A DNA stretch of 64,000 nt from Blastocystis sp. Blastoise (GCA_039096225.1 JBBPEB010000033.1:1178001-1242000), one strand, 5' to 3'; numbered from the stretch's first letter, positions 30,669 to 45,656 are shown. Translations and numbers: made by a program. The notes: a model not told the origin generated them from the letters alone.

Positions 30669-31545
30669 AGTAGGTACAAGTATATTTTGAAGAGATCCAA
30701 TGCCCAACTGACCATCTTCGTTACATCCCCACATATATACATCATTCCCCGCGGTTATAGCACAACTATAGTTATAACCACAAGCTACTTCTACTATTGT
30801 TTCGTTTAATAAATCCCCCACAATATGAGGGATCTCCGTCGAAATAGTATTCCCAAGACCTAACTGACCCTGGTAATTCTCTCCCCACGAATATACTTCC
30901 CCGCCATCCGATAGCGCCAAAAAGTGACTTTGACCGGCTGCAATTGATATTATACGAGTATTCTATATATATATAAATATATATATACATATACATAAAC
31001 AATTTGATTATATGATTATATATATATAAATATGTATATACATATACATAAACAATTTGATTATATGATTATATATATATATATACATTAAGTGCTCTGT
31101 ATATAGAGAATTGTTGAATAAGAAGAGGAGGAGAAGCAGAAGTATGTGAATATGTATATACATCCCCAGAACGACTTAAGAAACTATATATATATAAGAG
31201 AATGTATATATATACTAATATAAATATCTTATATATATATTAATATAAATATCTTATATATATTAATATAAATAGCTTATATATATATATACAGAGTGGT
31301 TGTTTCACCGATAGCAGCATCGGTTATTGCATAAGGATATAACCACGGGAATTGAAACTCACTGTTCTATATATATATAATATAATTGATATTTATTATA
31401 TATAGTTATATATATATAATATTATAGAGTATATAGTATATATATATATATAATATTATAGAGTATATAGTATATATAGATATATATATATACTATTTTA
31501 GGAATACCTTCAAGGGGTTGAGATGTCCATAAATATATATTATTA

Positions 31546-31600
<55 letters not shown>

Positions 31601-32033
31601 TTTGTTCAACTTCTTCATCCTGTTTTTCTTCTATATATATATATATATATATAATATTATATATATATATATATACCTGAAGATTGTTTCGGTGTTTCTG
31701 TTGATTTTTCCACGTGCGTCTCAGCTGTATCATTTGATGACGAGGCCTTCTTCATCAGTGACGGAATCAAGTCCGTTGTGTTACGTTTTGCTTGTTGAAC
31801 AGCAAGATTCAGTTTGATTTTTAATTGGTCCTCATATTGTGCGATACACGTGACAATAGAAGAAGACGAAGTTTGATTGGATGGGAAATAACGACGAAAT
31901 AATAATGATAAACTAGTCTATAAATAATTATATATAATATATATTATATTTCTATGTTATATATATTATACTTGATAATATAACATCATTTGGTGATTTA
32001 GCATAAATACTTGAGTTAAGAAGTCTTCTTCTT

Positions 32034-32098
<65 letters not shown>

Positions 32099-32995
32099 AT
32101 TATCTTTACATAAGTTTAATAGCGTGTCATTTATGTTTTCTTTGAAGGAATCACATTGTGTGAATACGGAAGATAATATATTCTTCTCATCTTCTATATA
32201 TATAGATATATTATAAAGAATAAAAAATAAAAAAAGGATAAAAAAAAAAGAATAAAAATAATAAATAATAAAATAATAATAACCTACGAATATCGGTTGC
32301 ATTTGAATAGGGATATTCCGATAAAAATTGATGATAATTCTTTAATATCTCTGTAAAACCTATATATAATAATAGTATATAAGCAAATTCTTATACTTGA
32401 AATTTCATTTCGTTTTACAAATCTCTTCAAAACATCGCTATATAATAAATAAAAATAAAATTTACAAAATATTCTTATATTTACTTATTAAAGAAAGAGT
32501 CTAATAGTTCCTGCTTATATTTCTCAGTGAGACGAATTTGTTCTCGAATAAAATTGACCCATAATTTACGTTCATCTACCGATTTTACTTCAAATACTAA
32601 TGTCTATAAGCATGAATAATAATATATTGTATTGTTTCAAACCTAAATACATTATTATCTAAGACCAAACGAAACTGATTATCAGATTCTTGAATAACTA
32701 AAATTAGTTTAGAGTTTTATGATATTCTAACATACAGGAAATGAATAGTAACTGAATTTTCATTTCTGGTGCTTCAGAAGCGTGAAAAGAAGCCTCAGAA
32801 GTATAAAGAGAAATGTAGCTACTTCTATATAGGTTAATATTTTTTTATAATATATGATTCTTCAATAGAAATGATACGTCAAAACCATGTAACGATCTAA
32901 GGTTTCTTTCTCTTTTTTAAATTGGACATTTGAAGAGTCTAAATAAAAATAAATATTCAAGATAATGTGTCAAGAAACATACATGCTACTTCCAT
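27994..32995 (-). CDS. Multidomain trafficking regulator: N-terminal PH-like domain, linker, RCC1 repeats, Rab-GAP TBC domain; many exons
   Basis: PH-like RYMVLT|SSYISLY...LVFEVKSVDERKLWVNFIREQI. RCC1 repeats IAAGQSHFLALSDGGEVYSWGENYQGQLG and VACGYNYSCAITAGNDVYMWGCNEDGQLG. TBC motifs IEKDLPRTF, GYHQAMSY and RIWDNMILEGTKYLFKVG. Stop at 27994-27996. Confidence 0.82.
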
Positions 32996-33790
32996 TATTC
33001 TAACAACTTAATATAGAAGAAATACTCAAAAAAAAACAATTTATATGTTTTAGAAGTTGTTTCACAAAAAAGATAATCACGATTTTTATTATAAAAATGT
33101 CTATAAATTTAATTTAACCATGAAAATGATGCTATTCATTATATACTCACTTTTATGGAACATCAATGCATTTAATTAGTAGATACCTAGTAGTTTTTCT
33201 TTTAGGTTAGATCACAAACAGACTGTGATCTGTTTCCTCAAAGATTCTGATGAAGAATGAGACTGACGCTTGTCACGTTATTTGAGAGTTCAGAAAAAAT
33301 CATCTCTGTTATATTGGTGTGTATCTCGTTGAAACAACTAATTAACTTTCAATAATAACACTCTTAGAATTCATGTTAAAAGATATAAAAATATTCGTTA
33401 TTGTTTTCGTCTACTGTTCCATATGTATTACTTAAGTATGTGATGCATAGAATATTGATGGTTAAGCATCAATAAGCTGTCCATCCTATCCTAAAACAAA
33501 ACAATGTGATTATCTTTTATTATCTGACAAGATAACAAGTTTGAAATAATGTATGTAAGACTTTGGATCTATTTAGAATATAGTTGAATCTAATACTTTT
33601 CTGAAACATTTTCAGTTTATATATATATTTGATTGATTAAAAACAAAAATGAATTCGTTCTTTTCTGGATATGAAAATTATGAATAAACTGAACATACTC
33701 TTCATTTTTTTAAATAATATATAATATTTGTGTATGTTTATTTTTTTATAGTCGTGAGATTCATCATATTTTCTATATAGTAAACAAGTT

Positions 33791-34501
33791 ATGAGAGATA
33801 TTACCATCATCAACTACATCAATAATCCCAATACTGTCAACATTGGCAATTATGTTATGAGTTATAATGAAAGACCTTCTATGCAAATAGTGAATCAGTC
33901 AAATTTTTCAATGAATTCTTATTCTGACGATTGTATGTGTGATTCAGATAGCGAGGAATGTAAAGAAAAAGAAGAGACGCGTGAAGAAAGATTAGAAAGA
34001 CTAGAAGAAATGAGAAGAGAAGAGGAAACAGCAAAACGTCTTCCAGATCTGTCAAGTCAGCACAAGACTCCCTTGCCGATGTTTTCATTTAGTCCTTTAG
34101 TTCCAAAGAATTCAATGAATAATAATACTCTTGGTCCAGTTGAACAACAAAAATCTACTACAAATGAATCCATAAAACCTGATTTGAAACATCTTCAAAA
34201 ACAGGATATAAATGATAATTACAAGATCATCGATATAGGAGATAAGTATTTAATATATATAAAATTATGTGGTGTTCGTGAAGAAGACGTTGAGTGCCAA
34301 CTAGATGACAATCAGTTATCGATTTCGTATAAGCGATCCATACATTGTTTTTCTGATGAATTAATAAAGGAAAAGTTTATGGAGAATATTGGAGAAGAAA
34401 AACATACGTTATTACTCAAATTATCACATGTTCAAATTGGAAAAAATCCTCAATTCACATTAGAAAATGGAATGTGTTATATTATCTTGCCTAAAGTTTA
34501 A
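33791..34501 (+). CDS. Protein with a C-terminal alpha-crystallin/HSP20-like domain
   Basis: Single 236-aa ORF; C-terminus YKIIDIGDKYLIYIKLCGVREEDVECQLDDNQLSISYKR...FTLENGMCYIILPK. Confidence 0.75.
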   Translation: MRDITIINYINNPNTVNIGNYVMSYNERPSMQIVNQSNFSMNSYSDDCMCDSDSEECKEKEETREERLERLEEMRREEETAKRLPDLSSQHKTPLPMFSFSPLVPKNSMNNNTLGPVEQQKSTTNESIKPDLKHLQKQDINDNYKIIDIGDKYLIYIKLCGVREEDVECQLDDNQLSISYKRSIHCFSDELIKEKFMENIGEEKHTLLLKLSHVQIGKNPQFTLENGMCYIILPKV

Positions 34502-34744
34502 TTTTATTATTATATATACTGTTCATATGTTCATATTGTTAGATTCAAAAGAAAATTTTTTTGTTATCTATGTGTTTTTTTTAATGTCTGACATCTAATG
34601 CATCTTTTCCAAAGTATCTGCATATAAAAAAGAATTTATAAAAAATAAATGCAAAAGTAATTAATCACATAATTGAATATAAATTATAATAAGAATTTTT
34701 TTGTTTTTTTTAGAAAAAATATTTATATTATTTGTTATTTGAAA

Positions 34745-35197
34745 ATGGAAGATCTTGAAGAAGAGAATCCTATTGCTGGTTATCTTCTTTCTTTTAATGG
34801 TATATAGTGTCTTGAATCTATCCATAATTTGAGTAGATGTATTTCGTGTGTTGTATTGGGAGACAATATTACTATGTGTTGCTATCTTCTGCCTTGTAGG
34901 AATTATTATCACAATTATATCAAGAAATTGGAAGTTAATTTGGTTGCCATTCGCCTATTGTATATTTGGATTTTTGGCAACTTTTATTGATGCAGCTATC
35001 TTATGTATGTTTTAAATTATGTATGCATTAACTTTTAAACAATTATAGCTGCTACTTTGGCTGCATTATACATTTCAATTCCTTACTCGTTATCGAATCA
35101 ACTTGTATTTTCCTTGGCTATATGCCATGCAGTTATTTTATGCTATCTCCAATTAGGACGAGACAAACGGTTGTCGAAACATACTGCTGTTTTTTAA
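34745..35197 (+). CDS. Small membrane protein, TMEM170-like; 3 exons
   Basis: MEDLEEENPIAGYLLSFN|DVFRVLYWETILLCVAIFCLVGIIITIISRNWKLIWLPFAYCIFGFLATFIDAAIL|SATLAALYISIPYSLSNQLVFSLAICHAVILCYLQLGR...TAA. Not in the ORF track. Confidence 0.6.
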
Positions 35198-35382
35198 AAG
35201 ATTATCTTTAATTGGTTGTTTCATGTATAATATTATTTTATAGTTTATAGAAATAATGATTTGTTTTAGTACAGAGTGTCATTTCGTTTAATATATATAT
35301 TTATAAGAACACAAACAAAAAATGAAAAGAAATAATATTATAAAAAGCAAACTATATAAAAACGATAATAAAGACATATAAT

Positions 35383-35730
35383 TTAGATAGAACTCATTGT
35401 ATTATTTTCTGTTTTAATATTTAAAGTAAGATATCCTGCACCAGGAAGTATAAGAAAAGGTGAATAAGCATAATCATCAAGTGTATTAAGAGCTGTTACA
35501 CCTGTTAATACAAGAACAGGATCTATTTCTGCTAATACTCCCGCTAAAACATCTGTTTTCATATTATCTCCGATTATACAAGTTTCTTTTTCAGGAACGT
35601 CTAATATTTGTTGGGCATATCTATATTCATAGAATTATTAACAAATGTGTATATATAAGGGTTTTAAGAAGCATATATATATTAATGATATATTTAATAT
35701 ATATATATAGTAATAATAAAATGATATATG

Positions 35731-35802
<72 letters not shown>

Positions 35803-37179
35803 ATAATAAAATGATATATATATATATATATATAGATACTTCATCATCAGAGAAGATGGTTTACCGACATAAAAACCTTTTTTACCTGAAGCCATTTCAA
35901 TACAAGCATTAAATGCACCTATAGTATAGAATATAATAATGATATATATAATAAATATAATATATATAATGAATATAATAAAGAATATAATAAATATAAC
36001 AATGAATATAATAAATATAATAAATATAATAAAGAATAATAAATAATAATAATTGAATATAAATAATAATAATAATATTATATACCACATCCTGGTTTTA
36101 TTCCTCCATTAACAAGGCAATTTGCATCAGGATTTGTATATATCAATTTAGCGCCATTGGCAACAAGGCGGGAAGCATGGGTAATCTTAATAGATTATAA
36201 TGATAAGAATAAATATAAATATAAATATAATTTTAATAATTATAACAATAAAATAATAAACATAAATATAATTAATAATAAACAAATTGAACATTATAAA
36301 ACTAAATTATTATTTTATAATAAATAAAAATAGTGTAAAAATAAAATAACAAAAATAAAACTCTCTCTATATATATATATATATATACAGTATCAAAATT
36401 AATAGTTCTTCCTTCTCCTATTACTACATAATCTGGTTTAATTTCATCAATAATAAACCCCTTCTCATATAAAGCAATCTGTATACCTGGCTCACCTACA
36501 CAATATACCTTACCTCCTTTCTATATATATAGATTTATAGAAAATATATATAAATATTTAAAATAAAAAAATTAATATATAAATATTTAAAATAAAAAAT
36601 GATTATATATTTGATAAAAATTAAAAATGATTATCTATTTGCTAAAAATCAAGAACAATATATATAAAATTAAATATTAATAAATATAACAATATATACA
36701 CCATTAGTTTGATGATAAAGGAAACGAGCAGTTGCAATTGCACTTGTATAGAAATGTTCAATGCCAATCTAAATATTGTTCATAATCTTAAAAATAGTAA
36801 AATACATTTAATCCAAGTCGTTGTAATTTGGATTGAAGTTCTTTAGGAGTCGGAGCAGAATTATTTGTTAAAAACAAATACTTTTTGTTATTCTATTAAA
36901 AAAAAGCAAATAGAATGTTTATTTTAATTATATAAATAATTGTATTATATATACTGTTTCTAACCACTCAATAAATTCGGTTATATAAGGTAATAAAGTA
37001 TCGCCGTGATAAATGACACCATCCATATCAATAATAAATCCATTCTTTTGACGTATCGCATTGATTCTCTCTTCAAAATCAGGAATGATTATCTATATGA
37101 ATAAAAATAGAGAGTAGAGCAATTTTACTTTGATAGATTCAGCAACTTGTTCAAAATCTTTTCCACTAGGGGCTTCCAT
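35383..37179 (-). CDS. nagD: HAD-superfamily subfamily IIA hydrolase (NagD-like); multi-exon
   Basis: GFIIDMDGVIYHG, LFLTNNS, FYTSAIATA, PDYVVIGEG, LIYTNPD, YVGKPSSLMM, IIGDNMKTDVLAG. Confidence 0.9.
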
Positions 37180-37608
37180 AACAACTGATTAAACTGTTTT
37201 ACAATAAGAAATGACGAATAAAAATAATAATACTGTTATTTATTAAATAATAAATATACAAATAGGAAATGAAGATTTCTTCTGACATCTGTTTTATAAG
37301 CAAATGTATTGAAACTGTGAGACACAATTCGATCTTTGTATTGTAACTGAACAGTCAGTGGTGTTTTTATTTCTTTTCCTTATTCATTTATTATCTTTTA
37401 TTTAAATAATTAGTTCATCAACTTTATAAAATATAGGAATTGTAGATATGTAAATATATGTTCAATAAATCATTTATGAAAGAATCATTGGAATTTAATT
37501 AGAATGAAAAATAAACTACAAACAATGAAAATAATATATAAATAAAATATATAAAAAAACATTGTTTTATGGATAAATAATAAAAAAAGATAAAGTGAAT
37601 TATTTGGT

Positions 37609-38642
37609 TTAAATGGATTCAGCATCACTCCATTGATCACTCTTAAAGGGGCTATGATATCTATTCAACCATTTATCTTGATAAGGTCTATCATATTTCC
37701 ACATTAAACGAGCATGGTAAGGACCACGCTATATATATGTTATTATTATTTTGTTATATACATAATTATAAAGAAAAATAATAAAAGAATAATAAAATAA
37801 AATAATAATAAAATAATATTATAATAAATAATAAAATAATAATAATAAATAATAATATATACAGCTTTCATTTCAGTCACAACCGATCTTCTTAATACTT
37901 TATCCCCAAATACCTTATATACATAAGGAGAAGTAGGAGTAGGAGTCTCAATCTCATATTTATAAGCTATATACATAATATTATAATAATCATTTATATA
38001 TTCATGAGAAGCTTAAAAATAATAAATATTAAAAAAATAATAAAATAATAAAATAATAATATAATTAAAAAAAAAAAATAAAAAAATCATAAAAAACACA
38101 ACTTCTTCTATGCTTACCATATCTGTTACAGAAGGTGACAGCATTTTCAAGAGAAGTAAATTGAAGTTGATCGGCAGCATATATATCTCCAGAAGCATAA
38201 TTACCCATAATACTTTCAGTAAAAGAATTGGTATTATCCATTTCCCATTTAATATACCAAGGCTTAGAATGTCTTCCAGAAGGTTGTTGACTTTCATCAT
38301 ATTTATAAATGATAGCCTATAAAAAATAATCATAAAAATATAAAATTTGTGTAAATGTGTTTAATTAAATAAGAATAGAACAAAGAGAAATACCTTTCTA
38401 TTCTGATAAGAAGGATTGTAATTCTTTCCAGCTTGATAATCTACATAATCACGTCTCTTTTCAAAATCGAATTTGGAACATTCAGGATCCACAATATCAT
38501 TATGAGATTTAATAATAGGAGTATTATCTACATCTGGAGGTGGAGGTGGAGGAGGAGCCTTAGCACCTTTAGGAGCTTCAGCGAAAGATCTGAAGAATGT
38601 AGGTTTACAAACAGAAATAACTCTGAAAGAACGAGCTAACAT
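37609..38642 (-). CDS. NDUFS4: Mitochondrial complex I subunit NDUFS4 (18 kDa) with targeting peptide; 4 exons
   Basis: Presequence MLARSFRVISV. RK|AIIYKYDESQQPSGRHSKPWYIKWE...ESIMGNYASGDIYAADQLQFTSLENAVTFCNRY|AYKYEI fits the NDUFS4 core. Confidence 0.8.
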
Positions 38643-39400
38643 TTATTTCCCTTTATATCAACAAATAATAATACTCTATAAAAAAGTAGTGTTGTTTGCC
38701 GTCACTAGGCACAGTCGCGGTTATTTTGACAAAATGACGATAAACCATGTCTTCTCTTCTTTTTGTCTTTTTCTATTCTTTTCTTTGATTTTATTGGTAA
38801 TTATATGTGTCTTAGTAACACTATCTCTATTCTACTCAATAGAATAATTGATATCTTCTAATACTCCATATGATTGGCTTCCCTTTTAAAAAAGAGTAAA
38901 TAAAAAGTTACCTATTTCTTGTGGGGGTATTTACACATTTCACTAGGGAAAAAGGAAAATATTACGCATCTAGGGGGTAATTCCCTCTAAAAAACAATTT
39001 ATTTATTTTTATTAAAAAAAATATTTTTTTGTATCTCCTTTTACATGATTCGTTATTTATTCTTTATAGAATAACTAATCTTACCTTTTAGTTAATAAAA
39101 TCATATCATAAGATGGAAGATATATATAAATATGAGTATAAAGTCGATACAAAAGTCACGTTTTTAAAATTCATTGTTATTTATGATTTTAAATTAGTTT
39201 AGATATGCGAGAAATATAGGTAATAAGAATGAACAATACTAATCTGAAATGATAATGCTACTAATGTTACAAAATGACCCATAATAATGATTATAAACAA
39301 ATATGCCAGATTTTAACTGAAAAAGAAGAATATTTATAGGAACATCATAGAAGAGTAAAAGACAACCCTATCCTTCTAGTTATTTTTGTAGATATGTGGA

Positions 39401-39754
39401 TTATTCAAGTGGAACGACACACCAATCACGAATTTCATATTCTGTAACAAGACCATTCTGATAGTAAGGATCATTAGCAACGAATTCTTTGATTTCTTCA
39501 GGGCGCTTGCATTTGAACATAAAACAAGCACCATCAGGAGGATTTGCATAAGCACCAACTTGAAGACATTTTCCTTTAGCATGGTATTCTTTGGCATTAG
39601 CTAAGTGTCCAGGTCTGAAAGGACCTCTCTTCTCAAGAATACCAGGAACATATTTATAGAAAAGAAGATAATAGTGATCGGGAAGAGCAGTAGTTATGCT
39701 ACGTGCAAGAATAGGATTGGTTAGAGGATTGATAGAACGGACTAACTTATTCAT
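39401..39754 (-). CDS. YciI/YCII-related small protein with probable mitochondrial presequence
   Basis: LLFYKYVPGILEKRGPFRPGHL...GAYANPPDGACFMF...FVANDPYYQNGLVTEYEIRDW. Confidence 0.88.
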   Translation of the reverse strand: MNKLVRSINPLTNPILARSITTALPDHYYLLFYKYVPGILEKRGPFRPGHLANAKEYHAKGKCLQVGAYANPPDGACFMFKCKRPEEIKEFVANDPYYQNGLVTEYEIRDWCVVPLE

Positions 39755-40552
39755 TTGAAGACGGTTTCAAATAAAGAACGTAAATAAGAAAACTTTATAA
39801 ATAGAAAATGAAAAGAATGTTCATGTTGAAAAGGAGATCTTTTTCTCAAGTTGATCAATTGCTGAAACGCAAATACAATGGAAACATCTTTTTATAGAAA
39901 CACGGGGATATATATTTTTTATAGGGAAAATATTGTTTTTTTTTAGAATATGGAAAAGTTTCTCTGTAACTAAATCCTGAGACAATAATGATCCTTTCAG
40001 GAATCAAATGACTTTTTTTTCAATTTATGGATTTGTACTTTTTCTATATTATTATTGTATTTTATAGTTTGCATAAGGATAGAAAGACTTAATAATAAAT
40101 GAAAATAGGTCTAATTAATATAAAAAGAGTAAATGATTGTGATTGAAAAATTATTCTTTATGTTGTTGATAATTAGACACACTATTTTGAATAATGTATA
40201 ATATATATGCGAACTATGTGAAAGCCAGAGAATTGAGTGATGAATGGAAAACGAAATTGTTTTTCAAAGCAATACATATACGAATATAGATGACTACAAA
40301 ATAGAAAATCATGAAAAGGAATAAAGACTTATGTTGAAACAGAAAAGAATATGAATAGAAAAAGTGAAATGACAGTTTACATAGAAGATTGACAAGATAG
40401 AGTTACAAGAAAGATAAGTCAAATAGCGGAGAAGACCTCAATAATAATAAGATATATGCGAAATATACAGTTATACTAAACTTTATGAATTGATATATAT
40501 TTGAAAAAAAAAGGATACTATTCTATTGAAGAAAAATGTTTTTTTTTTGTTT

Positions 40553-41884
40553 TTATTTTTTCGAAGAAACAGAATAAATAAATCCATCATAAGCAGCGTA
40601 TACTGATTGATCCTGAAATCCTAACTAAAAAAAATAAATGATAATCATAATAAATATATTATATATATATATACTTTCGCTATATCTTCAATATCTCTCA
40701 TAAAATCATTTTTTTCATAAAAAGATTCACCTGAATATTTTGTTGAAAAATGAGTTAAAATTAATTCAGAAGCATTAATCTCTTTTGCAAATTCACCTGC
40801 CATAAATGCGGTTGAATGTTTATGATTAAAAGCTTCTGCTTCAATTTTCAGATATTTATAATCTATATAAATAGTATTTATAATAATAATAATTGTTGAT
40901 GATAATAATAATAATAATAATAATTGTTGATGATAATCATAATAATAATAATAATTGTTGATGATAATCATGATAATAATCATATATATATATATACTAT
41001 TTCGAATATCAAAGGAAGATTCTTCAAGAATAGAACCCATATCTTTCGGATCTATATTATAATTATAGTATACACAGAATAATAATAATATATATAAATA
41101 ATATATAAATAGAATAATATAATGATATGTATATGTATATATATATATATATATACTATAGTCATCATATAAATCATATAAAGTCGGACCTACAGTCGAT
41201 TCATGAACTATAACATCTGCATTTCTGGCAATAGACGCAATTGGCCTATATATTATAGCATAGTATATTATATTATAATTCTTATATTATTGTTATATAT
41301 TATGTTATATTAAATTAAATTAAATTAAATTATATTATTACTATATATTTTGTTATATTATATTATATCTAATAAATAAACATAATAATAATCATAATAA
41401 AAATAAACTTTATAAACATAATTATATATATATATATATATATACATAGGATTACAAGTATCTCCCAAAATGACTATTTTCCTTCCAGAGGTAGGGGGAG
41501 ATATATATTTAGGATCGGGATATACGACAACTTGACCATTAGGGAGATTCAAGGTCTCGCCTTGCTATATAGGGGAAACATAATATATATATATATATTG
41601 AGTGGAAAAAAATAACTACGATAATAATAATAATAAACATGATAATATAATATTTACTTTGTATCGTGTAATAAGATTAAAGCAATATTGTCTGATATCT
41701 CTCTTAGTATAATCCCCCGTATCTAAAAGATACTGTCCCATACGATCCATAACGTCTTTAAACGTATCCATATGAATATTCCCTATATGATATATATAAT
41801 ATATATATATATACCTGGTCTTTCAACTTCTTCAAATACATATCCAACAGTCATTCCTATGTATATAATAATAATAATAATAAT

Positions 41885-41919
<35 letters not shown>

Positions 41920-42977
41920 CCTCTGTGTTCAATTTCAGTTGCTTTTACATTGATAAACTGATTCTAAATAATATAATAAACAACATTATAATAATAAATA
42001 TAATAAATATAATAAATATGATGAACAATAATAATATATATTTACAGAAAGAACAGTATAGACTCCTTCTTGATTTGGATATATAGCTGTATAACTATAT
42101 AATAATTGCCATTCTTCTGGACATACAGGAGGTTCATCTATTTATATATAAATATCATCACATTCATAATATATATATAATAAACATAATAAACAATAAA
42201 TAAAACAATAAAAAAAAATAAATAAAAATAAAAAAAAATTAAATAATAAACAATAAATAATAAACATAATAAACAATAAATAATAAACATTATAAACAAT
42301 AAATAATAAACATTATAAACAATAAATAATAAACATAATAAACAATAAATAATAAACATTATAAACAATAAATAATAAACATAATAAACAATAAAAAATA
42401 CACATACAATTATCTACAACCATTTCATGGATATGAAGTTGACATAAGGGATGAGCTCCTCTAGATGTGAACATTTGTGTGACAAAATTATATAAGCCTT
42501 GAGGACCATATATATTTAATATAGGTTGGGGTCGCATGGATAGACTATCAAATCCTATAATAGAAAGCAAATAAAGAAGAATAACGATTGATAATAAAGA
42601 TATAACTTAATTCAAAACATACCAATAGAAGAAACAAGGTTTAATAGACCAGATACATGATCACCATGAAGATGAGTAATAAATATATCATTTATTTTGC
42701 CAATAGAGAATAACTTATAATTAGGAATAGCTTCTGGATATGATCTTGTGTAATACCAATTCACATTGAGAATATTTCGCTCAATACCTATACGAATATT
42801 ATTAATTTATTATACTAATTACCATCACCACAATCAATCAAGTAAACTTTTCCATCTCGCGTACGAAAACCAATCGAAGTTGCTAATCATATTACTTATA
42901 ATTACATGAAACTTACTATTTCTTGATATTGTAGGTCTCATAGCACCTGTACCAAAGAAATAAAGAGTTGCTGACAT
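40553..42977 (-). CDS. ELAC1: Ribonuclease Z, short form (ELAC1/tRNase ZS); multi-exon
   Basis: FFGTGAMRPTISRN, YLIDCGDG, IFITHLHGDHVSGL, IYGPQGL, KIVILGDT, ADVIVHEST, HKHSTAFMAG, LILTHFSTKY, AAYDGF. Confidence 0.9.
42248..42395. repeat. 23-bp intronic minisatellite (AAACAATAAATAATAAACATWAT), about 6 copies
   Basis: Tandem units inside an RNase Z intron; they produce the repeated YCLLCLLFIV peptides in the ORF track. Confidence 0.88.
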
Positions 42978-44473
42978 ACTCTGACACTTAACTCGTATTT
43001 AAAAAACGTAGAGTATTCAATAAAACAAAAATTAAAAATTGTGAACGAGAAAAACTAGGCAACTAGTTCTTTTATTGGATGTCTTCTTTCATTTGTGTCA
43101 GAAAAAAGTCCTTCTAACTGGCTTCTGAAGTGTATTCTATACATAATAATTGATAAAAGTTCTTTATGAATTAATAACTCACAAAAAGAGAACATGTAAA
43201 ATAGAATTGTGAGCATGATATTTTTGTTTTTTTATTAGTCAATAATAGTATTACTTTATATTGATAGGTATATAGTGTGGTTTTATATATCATATTAATA
43301 AGATACAAAAAATGTTCAAATAAAGTAAAAATCAGTGTATCTCTTTTGGTTTGTGTATTATGTGTTATTATGGTTATACCATATTACCTAGGTGATATAT
43401 GTGTTGATTAAATGATGTACACTATGGTTGTTCTACTGTATATATAGATAAATGAGGATCTTCAAGAGATTATTATGTTTTTTTCATTCATATCTCTTCT
43501 TCATATATAGAAAAAAATGCTATTAGATAATTAGAATATAATTAAACGAATAATAATTCTGATCATATATAGAAATGGAATAAAAGTGTAGTTTTTAAAA
43601 AAATGGACTGATTTATGAACTTTGCTATTTTGTTTTTGTTTTTTTAGAGTATCCTAACCGGATATATAAAGATAACAAACTAAAGGCACTATTCAAAATC
43701 TCAAAGGGTTTCTAACAAGAATGATAATGATCATTTTTTTACATATATATATATTAAAATATATATATATATTTTACTTTGCTAAACTATTCTTCATATA
43801 GAATCAATATAAAACATAAATCTTATATCAATGATTCTATGGTATTCATGTATATAATAAAAACATAGAATAAAGAAAAACGAATTAACAAAAAACTCTT
43901 TTTTTCATATAAAGTTAGCAATGGTTTGTCAGATTATAGGCATGAAAGCTAAGTATTTAAATGAGACAATAACTAAAACTACAACCCTTTTTTCATTAAT
44001 CAACAACTAATTTCTTTTTCTTCACTGATTTTTCTGGTCGAAACCTGATAATAAGGTTTTTATTGACTTTTTATATATCTGCTCATAATAATATGAATAA
44101 AGTATCGTGAATTTTACACTATTTTTATAAGTAAAGAGTATAGAATGTAATTAATAATAGTATTCTAAACGAAATGGATCAGAAATCACTATTGATTTCG
44201 CTACCATTCATTTTTGGAGCATCATCGTTTACATTCCATAGAATCACGGTTATTCACTGACACTCCTTGGAATAATAATTATTCTTACACTTTTTTATAT
44301 ATGTTTAAAGCTTTTTATTATTATTTTAAAAATGAAGAAGCAGATATTCAATTCAAAATAAAAATAAGTGACAAATGCAACAAACAAAATAAATAAAAGT
44401 AAAATGACAACTAATAAATTTTAAATAAAAAATATTTTAAATAGTAAAATAAAATTAATATTTATAATAGTTT

Positions 44474-44597
44474 TTAATCTTGATTTTTGGTATCAACAAC
44501 AGGATAATTCTCAACAGCATGTGCCCAAGTCTTCTTTTCAAGAACTAAATCATGAATTAAATTAGTAAGATCTTTAACAGGGACACGAACCTATAGA

Positions 44598-44667
<70 letters not shown>

Positions 44668-45625
44668 TATATATAATTATATAAATATACTTGTTGCATA
44701 GAGTCTCTTTCTCTTACAGTAACAGTATTATAAAGAGGAGAATCACTAGTAACAGTATCAAAATCAACAGTAACAGCGAAAGGAATACCAATTTCATCAG
44801 TACGAGCATATCTTCTACCAATAGAAGCAGAAGTAGTATCAATCTTAGTAGAGAATCCTAAATCCTTAATATCTCTGGAAATTGATTCAGCAATAGGTTG
44901 AAGAAGAGCAGAATTCGAAAGAGGGAAAATAGAACATTTTACAGGAGCAACCTAGATATATATATAATTATATTATTATTATAATAGATATAAATATATA
45001 AATACACAAGGTCTAAATTTCATAACATTTCTCTTTTCACTATCTATATATAATAATAATAATATAATAAATAATATATATATATATATACCTTCTCTAA
45101 TATAGAAACTATGTTCAAGAATAGCATATAAAAGACGACCAACACCAAAAGAGGGTTCTATAACGGAAGGAACAAATTTATCCTCATGGATCTTCTTAAT
45201 AGATTTCTTGAAAGTGACCATATCTTTAGTAAGGGTCTATATAATTATATTATTAATAGTATATTGTTATTTAATTTTTATCATAATAACTATAATAATA
45301 GATCAATAATAATATGTATTTTTTATTATATTCAATATTATAATAAATAAAAATAAGTATATATACATAAGTATTTCCATTGTCAAGAGGACCAACAGTA
45401 TAAGATTCATTATTTTCAAACGCATTCACTATCTTTTCAGTTAATTCTAAATCAGATTCACTAATATTCTTTATATATTCCTTTACTAGATTCTGTTCTT
45501 TCTTAAAGTTCATACCTAATACTTTATTATTAAAGTTAGGTACAAATACTTCAACAGAAATAGGAGTATCATATTTAACACTTGCAGATAAATCAACCTT
45601 AGTCACTCTACTATGATTCTATATA

Positions 45626-45656
<31 letters not shown>

